A stretch of DNA of 64,000 nucleotides from an uncultured Gemmatimonadaceae bacterium (GCA_964492085.1 CAZBHZ010000001.1:131678-195677); one strand, 5' to 3'; counted from the first letter of the stretch, positions 29,167 through 38,285 are shown. Numbers and translations are program-made. Notes: generated by a model not told the origin, from the letters alone.

Positions 29167-30018
29167 ATGACCTTCTCCTCCCGTAGAGCTTCCACCAGGG
29201 AAGGCTCGCTGGACCAGTATCTGAAGGAGATCAGTCAGTACCCGCTGATCGACCGCGCCGAGGAAGCCCGCCTCGCCAAACTCATCCGGAAAGGCGACGA
29301 AGAGGCCCTCGACAAGCTGGTTCGCTCGAACCTCCGTTTCGTGGTTTCCGTGGCGAAGAAGTACCAAAATCAGGGAGTCCCGCTCTCCGACCTCATCAAC
29401 GAGGGGAACCTGGGACTGATTCGGGCCGCGCATAAGTTCGACGAGACGAAGGGGATCAAGTTCATCTCCTACGCGGTGTGGTGGATTCGGCAGGCGATTC
29501 TTCAGGCGCTGGCCGAGCAGAGTCGGATTGTTCGGGTTCCGCTCAACCGCGCCGGGGCGCTGTACCGGATTGGTCGTCGCAGCTCGACGCTCCTGCAGGA
29601 GCTGGGGCGCGAACCGACGGTCGACGAGATCGCCGAAGACCTGGATGTCAGCAAGGAAGAGATCGAGCGTACGCTCGCGATCTCGCACTCGCATCTCTCA
29701 CTGGATGCACCGATGACGCCGGGCGAAGACAACCGGCTCCTCGACTATCTCCCGGATCAATACTCGCCCGGGCCCGAGGACGAGGCCTTCGAGCACGCCC
29801 TCAAGGCGACGATTGAAGAGGCTCTCGGCACCCTGAAGGAGCGGGAGGCAAAGATTCTCCGCCTCTACTTCGGTCTCGACGATCAGGATCCGATGACGCT
29901 CGAGCAGATCGGGGAAATCCTCGGGATCACCCGCGAACGGGTTCGGCAGATCAAAGAGAAGGCTCTCGTGAGGCTCCGCCATGCGTCCCGGGCCCGGTTC
30001 CTGGAGACCTACCGGTAG
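29167..30018 (+). CDS. Sigma-70 family RNA polymerase sigma factor; short form lacking region 1.1 (Bacteroidetes SigA-like)
   Basis: Regions 1.2-2.4 (LDQYLKEIS.., NLRFVVSVAKKYQNQG, EGNLGLIRAAHKFD, FISYAVWWIRQAI), region 3 and region 4.2 (ITRERVRQIKEKAL) are all present in 283 aa. There is no N-terminal acidic region 1.1. Confidence 0.88.
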   Translation: MTFSSRRASTREGSLDQYLKEISQYPLIDRAEEARLAKLIRKGDEEALDKLVRSNLRFVVSVAKKYQNQGVPLSDLINEGNLGLIRAAHKFDETKGIKFISYAVWWIRQAILQALAEQSRIVRVPLNRAGALYRIGRRSSTLLQELGREPTVDEIAEDLDVSKEEIERTLAISHSHLSLDAPMTPGEDNRLLDYLPDQYSPGPEDEAFEHALKATIEEALGTLKEREAKILRLYFGLDDQDPMTLEQIGEILGITRERVRQIKEKALVRLRHASRARFLETYR

Positions 30019-30065
30019 GACCTACGGTCCCCCGAAAACCCGCGCCGAACAAGGCCGCGAGGCCG

Positions 30066-30096
30066 TTGACGCTCCTGAGCGCCTCGTCTAGCTTTG
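30066..30096 (+). promoter_or_regulatory. Candidate promoter of rplM-rpsI: TTGA-N19-TAGCTTTG
   Basis: TAGCTTTG (30089-30096) is an exact TAnnTTTG match. TTGA(CG) at 30066 lies 19 nt upstream. It can also be read as TTGACG-N17-TAGCTT. The rplM ATG is 41 nt downstream. Confidence 0.35.
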
Positions 30097-30137
30097 ATAG
30101 CTCTTTTCAGGTAGCGCCGTTTCTGTAGATCACGGGC

Positions 30138-30566
30138 ATGAGAACGTATACTCCGAAGGCCGAAGACATCCAGCACGATTGGTGGCTGGTCGATGCGGCC
30201 GACAAACCCCTCGGCCGTCTTGCCGCCGAGATTGCGAAGGTCATCCGCGGCAAGCACAAGCCGATGTACACTCCTCATCTGGATACAGGCGACAACGTCG
30301 TCGTGATCAATGCGGAAAAGGTTCGTCTGACCGGCAACAAGGCCGATCAGAAGACCTACTTCCGCCACTCCGGATACATGGGTGGCGAGCGGCACATCCC
30401 CTTCAAGCGGATGATCGAAACCCACCCCGAGCGCGTGATCGAACTCGCGGTGAAGGGCATGCTGCCCAAGAACGCTCTCGGTCGTGTTCTTCGCTCGAAG
30501 CTGAAGGTCTATGCCGGCACCGAGCATCCTCATCAGGGCCAGCGGCCCGAGCCTCTGGACATCTGA
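30138..30566 (+). CDS. rplM: 50S ribosomal protein L13
   Basis: [20 protein letters not shown].. and the rest are a clear uL13 sequence; 142 aa. Confidence 0.96.
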   Translation: MRTYTPKAEDIQHDWWLVDAADKPLGRLAAEIAKVIRGKHKPMYTPHLDTGDNVVVINAEKVRLTGNKADQKTYFRHSGYMGGERHIPFKRMIETHPERVIELAVKGMLPKNALGRVLRSKLKVYAGTEHPHQGQRPEPLDI

Positions 30567-30582
30567 ATCAGGAATCTGACGA

Positions 30583-30978
30583 ATGGCCGGTGAACACCAG
30601 ATCCAGACCGTAGGGCGTCGGAAGCGTTCCGTCGCTCGCGTCCTCCTCCGCCCTGGCAAGGGCGAGTGGAGCGTGAACGGTCGCACGATGCAGGACTACT
30701 TCCCTCGTCCGACCCACCAGATCCGGGTCGAAGAGCCGCTCAAGGTGGCTGAGCTCGATGGAACGTTCGATGTGTTCGTCCGCGTGAACGGAGGCGGCCT
30801 GACGGGCCAATCCGACGCCGTGCGGATGGGACTCGCTCGGGCGCTCGTCGAACACGATGAGGAGCTTCGCGGCACGATGCGCGAGAAGGGCATGCTGACC
30901 CGTGATCCCCGCCAGGTCGAGCGCAAGAAGCCCGGCCGTCCCAAGGCTCGGAAGCGGTTCCAGTTCTCCAAGCGTTAA
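30583..30978 (+). CDS. rpsI: 30S ribosomal protein S9
   Basis: uS9 pattern ending ..KKPGRPKARKRFQFSKR; 131 aa, immediately after rplM. Confidence 0.96.
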   Translation: MAGEHQIQTVGRRKRSVARVLLRPGKGEWSVNGRTMQDYFPRPTHQIRVEEPLKVAELDGTFDVFVRVNGGGLTGQSDAVRMGLARALVEHDEELRGTMREKGMLTRDPRQVERKKPGRPKARKRFQFSKR

Positions 30979-30988
30979 GCTGTTTCTA

Positions 30989-31011
30989 CAGAGTCGGCTC
31001 GACCGACTCTG
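30989..31011 (+). other. Stem-loop between rpsI and rpsB
   Basis: CAGAGTCGG-ctcga-CCGACTCTG: a perfect 9-bp stem 10 nt after the rpsI stop, with no T-tract. Confidence 0.35.
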
Positions 31012-31055
31012 CATCCTGACCGGGGCGTAAATCGGCCCCACGAACACGACTCGAC

Positions 31056-31994
31056 ATGTCTGACGTACGTCTCGACCAGCTACTCGAGGCCGGAGTCCAC
31101 TTCGGCCACCAGACCCGCCGTTGGAACCCGAAGATGAAGCGCTTCATCTTCACGGAGCGGAACGGGATCCACATCATCGATCTCCGGAAGACGCTCGATC
31201 GTCTTCAAGCCGCGCAGCAGGCGGTTCGTGAGGTCGTTCTCCGCGGTGAGCGGATCCTGTTCGTCTGCACCAAGAAGCAGCTTCGTGGTGTAGTGGAGCA
31301 GGAAGCTCAGGACAGCGGCTCGTACTGGGTCACCGAGCGCTGGCTCGGTGGGATGCTGACGAACTTTCAGACGATTCGTCAGCAGATCCGGCGTCTCAAG
31401 GAGCTCGAGCGAGGTGCGGAAGAGAACGCGTTCGAGTTCTACACGAAGAAGGAACGGCTCATGCTCGAGCGTGAGCGGATCAAATTGGACAAGTACCTCG
31501 CGGGCGTGAAAGACATGACACGTCTGCCAGGTGCGATCTTCGTGGTGGATGCCCGTCGCGAGGGGATCGCGGTGAAGGAAGCGAAGAAGCTCGGTATCCC
31601 GATCATCGCGATCACGGACACCAACGCCGATCCGGATGTGGTCGACTACCCGATCCCGGGCAACGACGACGCGATTCGCTCGGTGACCCTGATTGCCAAG
31701 GCGATGGCGGACACGATTGCCGTCGCACGCCGTGAGGTGCCCGCGGACGAGCGGCGCCGGATCGACGAGATGGAAGCTACGACGTACTCGACCGAAACGG
31801 GTGAGACGACGGAGAAGGAGGCGCCGAAGCGCCGCCGTCCGCGTCGGAAGCGTCGTCCGCGTCCGGAAGTCATCGCGGCCCATCGGAAGGACGAAGGCGA
31901 GGGTGCCGCGGCTGCCGAGGCGGGAGACTCCGAGGCACCGGCGGCCGAAGCCGACGCCGCTCCGGAGGCTGAGGCCGAGACGACTGAGGAGTAG
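31056..31994 (+). CDS. rpsB: 30S ribosomal protein S2 with long C-terminal extension
   Basis: [19 protein letters not shown].. and the rest form a bS2 core (about 230 aa), followed by a roughly 80-aa basic-then-acidic tail. Confidence 0.95.
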   Translation: MSDVRLDQLLEAGVHFGHQTRRWNPKMKRFIFTERNGIHIIDLRKTLDRLQAAQQAVREVVLRGERILFVCTKKQLRGVVEQEAQDSGSYWVTERWLGGMLTNFQTIRQQIRRLKELERGAEENAFEFYTKKERLMLERERIKLDKYLAGVKDMTRLPGAIFVVDARREGIAVKEAKKLGIPIIAITDTNADPDVVDYPIPGNDDAIRSVTLIAKAMADTIAVARREVPADERRRIDEMEATTYSTETGETTEKEAPKRRRPRRKRRPRPEVIAAHRKDEGEGAAAAEAGDSEAPAAEADAAPEAEAETTEE

Positions 31995-32063
31995 CGCCGG
32001 AGCGCTCGACGCTCCGTTCCGCTCGACAGGGCGGGTGAGGGTTCCCCTTCGGGGATCCCGTCC

Positions 32064-32098
32064 GAGGCGGCGCGGCCAGGCAGAGGTCCCGCCGCCTC
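32064..32098 (+). other. Stem-loop between rpsB and tsf (attenuator-like)
   Basis: GAGGCGGCG-17 nt-CGCCGCCTC followed by TTTCAC, in the 152-nt rpsB-tsf spacer. Confidence 0.3.
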
Positions 32099-32146
32099 TT
32101 TCACGAACCGGTGCGAACCGGTGAACAACCAGAAAGCACGATCACA

Positions 32147-32758
32147 ATGAGTGAAGCGACGATGATCAGCGCAGCAGACGTAAAGAAGCTCCGCGACATG
32201 ACCGGTGCGGGGATGATGGATTGCAAGAAGGCCCTGACCGAGACGGACGGCGATATGGAGAAGGCCGTCGATCTCCTTCGGGCCAAGGGTGCGGCGAAGG
32301 CGGCCAAGCGTGCCGAGAAATCCGCGAATGAGGGCACGATCGGCAGCTACATCCACTTCGACAACAAGACGGCGGCCATCGTCGAGGTCAACTGCGAGAC
32401 AGACTTCGTGGCCAACACCGACGACTTCAAGGCGCTCGCGAAGGACATCGCGATGCACATTGCGTCGACGAACCCGCTGTCCATTTCCCCCGACCAGATC
32501 CCGGCGGACGTCGTCGAGCGCGAGCGCGCCGTGTACCTCGAGCAGGCTAAGGAAGAGGGGAAGCCGGAGGAGATCGCGGCAAAGATCGTCGAGGGTCGTA
32601 TCCAGAAGTTCTTCAAGGAGAGCACGCTTCTCGCGCAGCCCTTCGTGAAGGATCCGGACAAGACGATCGAGCAGCTCATCACCGAGGTATCCGGCACGGT
32701 CGGCGAGAAGATCGAGGTTGCGCGCTTTGCCCGGATGAAGATCGGCGAGCAGGGCTGA
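32147..32758 (+). CDS. tsf: Translation elongation factor Ts (short form)
   Basis: ISAADVKKLRDMTGAGMMDCKKAL UBA-like N-terminus. Start is ATG 32147 or ATG 32162; the ORF-track start 32111 is GTG. Confidence 0.93.
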   Translation: MSEATMISAADVKKLRDMTGAGMMDCKKALTETDGDMEKAVDLLRAKGAAKAAKRAEKSANEGTIGSYIHFDNKTAAIVEVNCETDFVANTDDFKALAKDIAMHIASTNPLSISPDQIPADVVERERAVYLEQAKEEGKPEEIAAKIVEGRIQKFFKESTLLAQPFVKDPDKTIEQLITEVSGTVGEKIEVARFARMKIGEQG

Positions 32759-32761
32759 TCG

Positions 32762-33487
32762 ATGTCCGGTCAGGTTGATCTCCGATACCGCAGAGTTCTC
32801 CTCAAGCTCTCCGGCGAGGCGCTCGCCGGAGAGCGCGGGTTCGGTATCGAGCCTGCCGTCGTGGACCAGCTGACCGACGAAATCCGGTCACTGGTCGAGA
32901 TGGGCGTGTCACTTGGCATCGTGATCGGCGGGGGCAACATCGTCCGGGGTGCGATTGCATCCAAGGGCGGCCGCATGGACCGCGTTCAGGCCGACTACAT
33001 GGGGATGCTGGGTACCGTCATCAACGCCCTGGCCGTTCAGGACCTGCTGGAGAACAAGGGCGTCGAGACTCGAGTGATGACCGCGATCCGCATGGAGGAG
33101 ATCGCCGAGCCGTACATCCGCCGGCGCGCGATGCGGCACATGGAGAAGGGTCGGGTCGTGCTCTTCGCTGCCGGGACTGGGAATCCGTACTTCTCAACGG
33201 ACACCGCGGCCGTGCTCCGAGCCATCGAAATGGAGTCGGACGTCGTCATCAAGGCGACCAAGGTCCAGGGTGTCTTCACGGCGGATCCGGTGAAAGACCC
33301 GTCGGCCGAGTTCATCCCCACGATCTCGTTTCAGGAGGTCGTGCAGCGCGAGCTCGGCGTGATGGACGCTGCGGCGGTCGCCCTCTGCAAAGAGAACGAC
33401 CTGCCGATCATCGTGCTCAACCTCAGCAACCGTGGTGCCGTGGCTAATGCGATTCGTGGCGAGCGGGTGGGCACACTAGTTTCGTAG
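32762..33487 (+). CDS. pyrH: UMP kinase
   Basis: YRRVLLKLSGEAL.., GIVIGGGNI.RG, and FAAGTGNPYFSTDTAA. Confidence 0.95.
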   Translation: MSGQVDLRYRRVLLKLSGEALAGERGFGIEPAVVDQLTDEIRSLVEMGVSLGIVIGGGNIVRGAIASKGGRMDRVQADYMGMLGTVINALAVQDLLENKGVETRVMTAIRMEEIAEPYIRRRAMRHMEKGRVVLFAAGTGNPYFSTDTAAVLRAIEMESDVVIKATKVQGVFTADPVKDPSAEFIPTISFQEVVQRELGVMDAAAVALCKENDLPIIVLNLSNRGAVANAIRGERVGTLVS

Positions 33488-33496
33488 CAGATCAGT

Positions 33497-33517
33497 GAGG
33501 CGGGTGCGATCCGCCTC
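33497..33517 (+). other. Stem-loop between pyrH and frr
   Basis: GAGGCGG-gtgcgat-CCGCCTC: a 7-bp stem 10 nt after the pyrH stop. It has the same arm sequence as the rpsB-tsf hairpin. Confidence 0.3.
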
Positions 33518-33547
33518 GTCCAACGCCCTCAGGATCGGGAGACGAGC

Positions 33548-34099
33548 ATGGCGACCGCCGAAGAAGGCCAGAAGCGCATGGAAGACGCCCTCGAGGCCAT
33601 CCGCCGCGAGTTCGCGACCGTTCGCACCGGAAAGGCGACCCCGGCGCTTCTCGACTCGGTGCGCGTGGAGGCGTACGGCTCTCAGATGCCGTTGAACCAG
33701 GTGGCGACCGTGAATACGCCGGAGCCGAGCATGATCATGGTTCAGCCCTTCGACAAGACGCTCCTCGGCGATATCGAGCGGGCCATCATGACGTCGGATC
33801 TCGGCCTCAATCCGATGAATGACGGGAATGTGATCCGGGTCCCGATTCCGCCGCTCAATGAGGAGCGCCGGAAAGAGTTCGTGAAGATCCTCCACAAGAT
33901 GGCCGAGGAAGGGCGCATTTCGATCCGACACGCTCGTCGTACGGTACGCGACGAGATCCACGACCTCGTGAAGGAGCACGAAATCGGGGAGGACGAGGGC
34001 CGGCGTCGCGAGGAGCAGCTCGAGAAACTGACTCATCAATACACCGACAAGATCGAGGCGTTGCTGAAGGCGAAGGAAGCAGAGGTGATGGCCATTTAG
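33548..34099 (+). CDS. frr: Ribosome recycling factor
   Basis: FATVRTGKATPALLDSVRVEAYGS..PLNQVA and a RIS(I)RHARR-type motif; 183 aa. Confidence 0.95.
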   Translation: MATAEEGQKRMEDALEAIRREFATVRTGKATPALLDSVRVEAYGSQMPLNQVATVNTPEPSMIMVQPFDKTLLGDIERAIMTSDLGLNPMNDGNVIRVPIPPLNEERRKEFVKILHKMAEEGRISIRHARRTVRDEIHDLVKEHEIGEDEGRRREEQLEKLTHQYTDKIEALLKAKEAEVMAI

Positions 34100-34100
34100 T

Positions 34101-34856
34101 ATGGCCTCCGATCTTCTCGACCGCGTGCACCTGGGTGGAAGCGTCCCGTCGCACGTAGCGGTCATCATGGACGGGAATGGCCGGTGGGCCAGTGAGCGCG
34201 GTCTGCCGCGGCACCTGGGGCATCGTGAGGGCATGAAGTCCGTCCGTGAGGTCGTCGAGGGCGGTGTAGAGGCCGGGATCGACATCCTCACGCTTTTCGC
34301 GTTCTCCACAGAGAACTGGAAGCGACCGGCTCAGGAAGTGACCGCGCTGATGGGTCTCCTCCAGCTCTATGCGAAGAAGGAACGGGCTGAGCTTCGGCGA
34401 CAGGGGGTCGAGGTGCACGTGCTGGGAGACCTCGACCGTGTGGACGATGCTACGCGGTCCGCGGTTCAAACGATCGTCGAGGGCACGCGGGGAGGCAGTG
34501 CCCTCCGCCTGAACCTGATGATCTCGTACGGAGGTCGGGAGGAGTTGCTGCGTGCCGCGCGGACCCTGGCCGACCGCGTTCGGGCGGGGGAGCTGGACCC
34601 GGCCGATATCGATGAGTCGGCGCTCGAGGATTCGCTCTTCACCCGGGGCCTTCCCAGTCCAGACCTGTTGATTCGGACCTCCGGTGAGCATCGGATCAGC
34701 AACTTCATGCTCTGGCAGCTCGCCTACACGGAGCTCCACATCTCGCCCGTGTACTGGCCTGCGTTTGACCGGGAGCACCTCTTCGAAGCCATCCTCGATT
34801 ATCAGCGCAGGGAGCGTCGGTTCGGCCGCGTGAGCGCGGGCGTCGAGGCCTCCTGA
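34101..34856 (+). CDS. uppS: Isoprenyl transferase (undecaprenyl diphosphate synthase)
   Basis: HVAVIMDGNGRWA, FAFSTENWKRP, and RTSGEHRISNFMLWQLAYTE. Confidence 0.95.
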   Translation: MASDLLDRVHLGGSVPSHVAVIMDGNGRWASERGLPRHLGHREGMKSVREVVEGGVEAGIDILTLFAFSTENWKRPAQEVTALMGLLQLYAKKERAELRRQGVEVHVLGDLDRVDDATRSAVQTIVEGTRGGSALRLNLMISYGGREELLRAARTLADRVRAGELDPADIDESALEDSLFTRGLPSPDLLIRTSGEHRISNFMLWQLAYTELHISPVYWPAFDREHLFEAILDYQRRERRFGRVSAGVEAS

Positions 34857-34866
34857 GCACGGGTCG

Positions 34867-35754
34867 GTGAGCGAGCTTTCCAAACGGGTCGCGGTCGCGG
34901 TCGTCGCGATCCCGATCGTGCTGGGCCTGGCCTACCTCGGCGGGTGGTTTCTCGCGGTACCACTCGCCGCATTCGCCGGGTTGGGAGCGCACGAGGTCTA
35001 TCGGCTCGCTCACGAAAAGGGGATCGATCCCATCGGATGGGTGGGGGTGACCGCCTCCGTGTCTCTCGTGCTCCTGGCAGCGTGGCGGCCATCGTTCGTC
35101 GACTATGCGCCGTTGGCCCTGGCGGTCGTGATCGGGACGAGCCTCGTCGCGGCGCTGGAAGCGATGCGGACCCGGGGGCCCGACGGCCATCCGCTGCCGG
35201 CCGTCTCCGTGACCGTCTTCGGTGCGATCTATACGGGCCTGGCTCTCGGCTTCATCCCTCTGCTATTGGCACTCCCGGGCCGCGAGGCGTGGACCGCCTC
35301 AGCTGCGGATCCTGTGGCCCCTCTCCTGATTGTCTTGCTTCCTCTCGCTGCAACGTGGATCGGAGACGCCTCCGCCTATTTCGCGGGGACGACGTGGGGG
35401 AAAGGCCGTGCCCGCCTCGCTCCGACGGTTTCACCGAACAAGTCGTGGGTCGGCTTCTGGGCCAGCATCGCCGGCGCGGCTGCGGCTGCGGTGGCGTGGC
35501 TCTTCATCGTTCAGGGGCGTCTGCCCGCGCTGGCCGAGGTAGGCCCGATCTGGTTCGCCGTGATCGGGGCTGTCCTCGGGCTTGCGGCCGTGGTCGGGGA
35601 CCTGCTCGAGTCCCTCTTCAAGCGCGAGGCCGGGGTGAAGGACTCCGGCTCGCTCTTCCCGGGGCATGGCGGCGTACTGGACCGGATCGACTCGCTGGTG
35701 CTCACGATACCGGCGTCGTACGCACTTCTCATTCTCGTGGCGAGCTTCGCGTGA
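34867..35754 (+). CDS. cdsA: Phosphatidate cytidylyltransferase
   Basis: Multi-pass membrane protein with the CDS signature SLFKREAGVKDSGSLFPGHGGVLDRIDS. GTG start. Confidence 0.9.
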   Translation: MSELSKRVAVAVVAIPIVLGLAYLGGWFLAVPLAAFAGLGAHEVYRLAHEKGIDPIGWVGVTASVSLVLLAAWRPSFVDYAPLALAVVIGTSLVAALEAMRTRGPDGHPLPAVSVTVFGAIYTGLALGFIPLLLALPGREAWTASAADPVAPLLIVLLPLAATWIGDASAYFAGTTWGKGRARLAPTVSPNKSWVGFWASIAGAAAAAVAWLFIVQGRLPALAEVGPIWFAVIGAVLGLAAVVGDLLESLFKREAGVKDSGSLFPGHGGVLDRIDSLVLTIPASYALLILVASFA

Positions 35755-36923
35755 TCCGAGTCGCGATTCTCGGGTCTACGGGCTCGATTGGTCGGAGCGC
35801 CCTCGAAATCGTGCGGCGGCACCGCGACCGATTCGACCTCGTCGCCCTCGTCGCGAATCGCAGCGCCGATATGCTGGCCGCTCAGGTGGCGGAGTTCCGG
35901 CCCGGGACGGCGGTACTCTGTGACGAGTCGGTCGAACTGCCGACGGATCCGACGGGCGATACCGTCTGGCACCGGGGGGTCGACGCGATGCTCTCGATCG
36001 CAGCCGACCCGGATGTCGATGTGGTACTCAATGCTCTCGTCGGTGCCGCTGGCCTCAGGCCGACGCTGGCTGCGCTCGAGGCGGGCCACCGACTCGCTCT
36101 GGCGAACAAGGAGTCTCTTGTGGCTGGCGGGGCGCTCGTGCTTGCCGCAGCGGAGCGGGGAGGGGGTGAGGTCATCCCGATCGATTCGGAGCACTCGGCG
36201 ATCCTCCAATGCCTGCAGGGGGCTGGTGACGCCGAGATCCATCGAATCACGCTGACGGCGTCAGGCGGCCCCTTCCGTGGGCGTCCAGCGGCGGATCTCC
36301 GTCAGGTGAAGGCCGAGGCTGCGCTGCGGCACCCCACGTGGGACATGGGGGCGAAGATCACGATCGACTCGGCCACCCTCGCGAACAAGGCGCTCGAGGT
36401 GATCGAAGCGCACTTCCTCTACGGGCTCGAGTACGAGCGTATCGATGCGGTCGTGCATCCACAGTCGATCATTCATTCCTTCGTCGAATTCGTCGACGGC
36501 TCGGTCCTGGCGCAGCTCGGCTTTCCCACGATGGAGCTGCCCATTCTCTATGCCCTCAACTATCCGGATCGCGTCGACGACGGCGTGCTCAGGACGTACG
36601 ACCCTGTGCGGTCGTCTCCGCTGACGTTCGAGGACATCGATCACGACGCGTTCCCGATGTTCTCCCTCGGGGTCGAGGCGGGGCGGCGGAGCGGTTGCGC
36701 GCCGGCGGTGTACAACGCAGGGAACGAAATTGCCGTTCAGGCATTCTTGGAGAATCGAATCCGCTTTCTGGAAATCTCCGAAGTGGTTCGAAAGACAATG
36801 GACACGATCGGGGCCGATGCGCCTCGTGATCTCGATGATGTGATCGCCGTGGATTCGGCGGCCCGGGTTGTCGCAGCGGAGGAAGCTGCGCGGTGCGGGG
36901 AAGCTATGGGGACAACGTCATGA
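35751..36923 (+). CDS. dxr: 1-deoxy-D-xylulose-5-phosphate reductoisomerase
   Basis: VAILGSTGSIGRSAL NADPH site, LANKESLV, and PIDSEHSAI. GTG start in a GTGA overlap with the cdsA stop. The long listed ORF (34944) is a shadow extension across cdsA. Confidence 0.93.
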   Translation: MIRVAILGSTGSIGRSALEIVRRHRDRFDLVALVANRSADMLAAQVAEFRPGTAVLCDESVELPTDPTGDTVWHRGVDAMLSIAADPDVDVVLNALVGAAGLRPTLAALEAGHRLALANKESLVAGGALVLAAAERGGGEVIPIDSEHSAILQCLQGAGDAEIHRITLTASGGPFRGRPAADLRQVKAEAALRHPTWDMGAKITIDSATLANKALEVIEAHFLYGLEYERIDAVVHPQSIIHSFVEFVDGSVLAQLGFPTMELPILYALNYPDRVDDGVLRTYDPVRSSPLTFEDIDHDAFPMFSLGVEAGRRSGCAPAVYNAGNEIAVQAFLENRIRFLEISEVVRKTMDTIGADAPRDLDDVIAVDSAARVVAAEEAARCGEAMGTTS

Positions 36924-38281
36924 CCGTACTTGCGACCGTCATTGTGCTCGGGGTGCTGATCTTCGTGCACGAACTCGGTCACTTCTGGGCGGCGAAGGCC
37001 GTCGGTATCGAAGTTCAGCGATTCTCGATCGGGCTCGGTCCACGCGTGTTCGGTTTCACACGCGGCGAGACAGAGTACGTCGTCAGTGCCATCCCGCTCG
37101 GTGGCTACGTGAAGATGGGCGGCATGGACGACGAGATGATGGAGAAGATCGAGGGTGGCGAGGTCCCGGGCCCGGCTCGTGAACCGAGCGAGCGCGACTT
37201 CGATGCCAAGCCGATCTGGGCGCGCACTCTGGTGATCTCTGCCGGCGTGATCATGAACATGCTGTTCGCGTTCGGCGTCTACACCTTCCTTGCGGCGACG
37301 TACGGCGCGCAACATGCCGACAGCACGCGCATCGGCTATGTCGTCGAGAGCACCCTCCCACCCGGGACCGAGGCCCTCGCCACGGTCGATCGGGGCAGCC
37401 GGTTCGTGCGGATCGGCGGCGAGCCGATCGAGCATTGGGGGGATGTCGAGCAGGCGTTGTACGAGGGAGTGCCGGGCCCGGTGAGCATCGACCTCGTCGA
37501 GCCCACGCGCAGTATCGAGATCCGGATTCCCGTGACGGGGGAGGAGCGGCGCGCACTCTACGCGTCCGTCGCCGTCTGGCATGAATCGGGTGTCGGATTC
37601 ACCGAGCCCGGCTCTCCAGCGGACCGGGCCGGCGTGGAAGCCGGCGATCGCGTGACCGCGGTCAATGGTCAGCCGACGCCCGGCTGGTACGACTTCGTAA
37701 CCGAGGTTCAGGCACGTCCAGGTGAACGGGTCGAGCTGACGATCGACCGAAACGGTGACGAACTCGTGCGTGCCTTCACCCTCGATGCCGTCGAGGAGGT
37801 CGGTCTGGATGGTGCCGTCCGCACGATCGGGCGCGCGGGGATCAACCGGCCGGCGATCGAGACGGTTTACGAGGAGGTCTCGATGAGCGAGGCCGTGGTC
37901 GCAGGGTACCAGCAGACGGTCTTTGTGACGGGTTTGATCCTCGACTTTCTCCGGGATCTCGTCACGGGCGGAGTCTCGCCGCGCTCCGTGGGGAGCATCG
38001 TGACCATCGGGGACCTGTCGGGTCAGGCTGCCCAGGCAGGCCTGGACAGCTTCCTCGGTTTCATGGCTCTCTTCAGCGTAAACCTGGCGGTCCTCAACCT
38101 GCTCCCTATCCCGATCCTGGACGGTGGGCACCTGGTCTTCCTCGCGATCGAAGCGATCCGGGGAGGACGGGCGCTGAGCATCGAGCAGAGGCTGAAGTGG
38201 AGCAACGTCGGCTTCTTCATCATCGTCGGAATCATGCTCTGGGCGCTATCGAACGATGTGCTGAGGCTCCTGGGCATCTAA
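36920..38281 (+). CDS. rseP: RIP metalloprotease RseP (site-2 protease)
   Basis: VHELGHFWAAK (HExxH), a PDZ region, and C-terminal NLLPIPILDGGHL. ATGA overlap with the dxr stop. Confidence 0.93.
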   Translation: MTVLATVIVLGVLIFVHELGHFWAAKAVGIEVQRFSIGLGPRVFGFTRGETEYVVSAIPLGGYVKMGGMDDEMMEKIEGGEVPGPAREPSERDFDAKPIWARTLVISAGVIMNMLFAFGVYTFLAATYGAQHADSTRIGYVVESTLPPGTEALATVDRGSRFVRIGGEPIEHWGDVEQALYEGVPGPVSIDLVEPTRSIEIRIPVTGEERRALYASVAVWHESGVGFTEPGSPADRAGVEAGDRVTAVNGQPTPGWYDFVTEVQARPGERVELTIDRNGDELVRAFTLDAVEEVGLDGAVRTIGRAGINRPAIETVYEEVSMSEAVVAGYQQTVFVTGLILDFLRDLVTGGVSPRSVGSIVTIGDLSGQAAQAGLDSFLGFMALFSVNLAVLNLLPIPILDGGHLVFLAIEAIRGGRALSIEQRLKWSNVGFFIIVGIMLWALSNDVLRLLGI

Positions 38282-38285
38282 TGGG

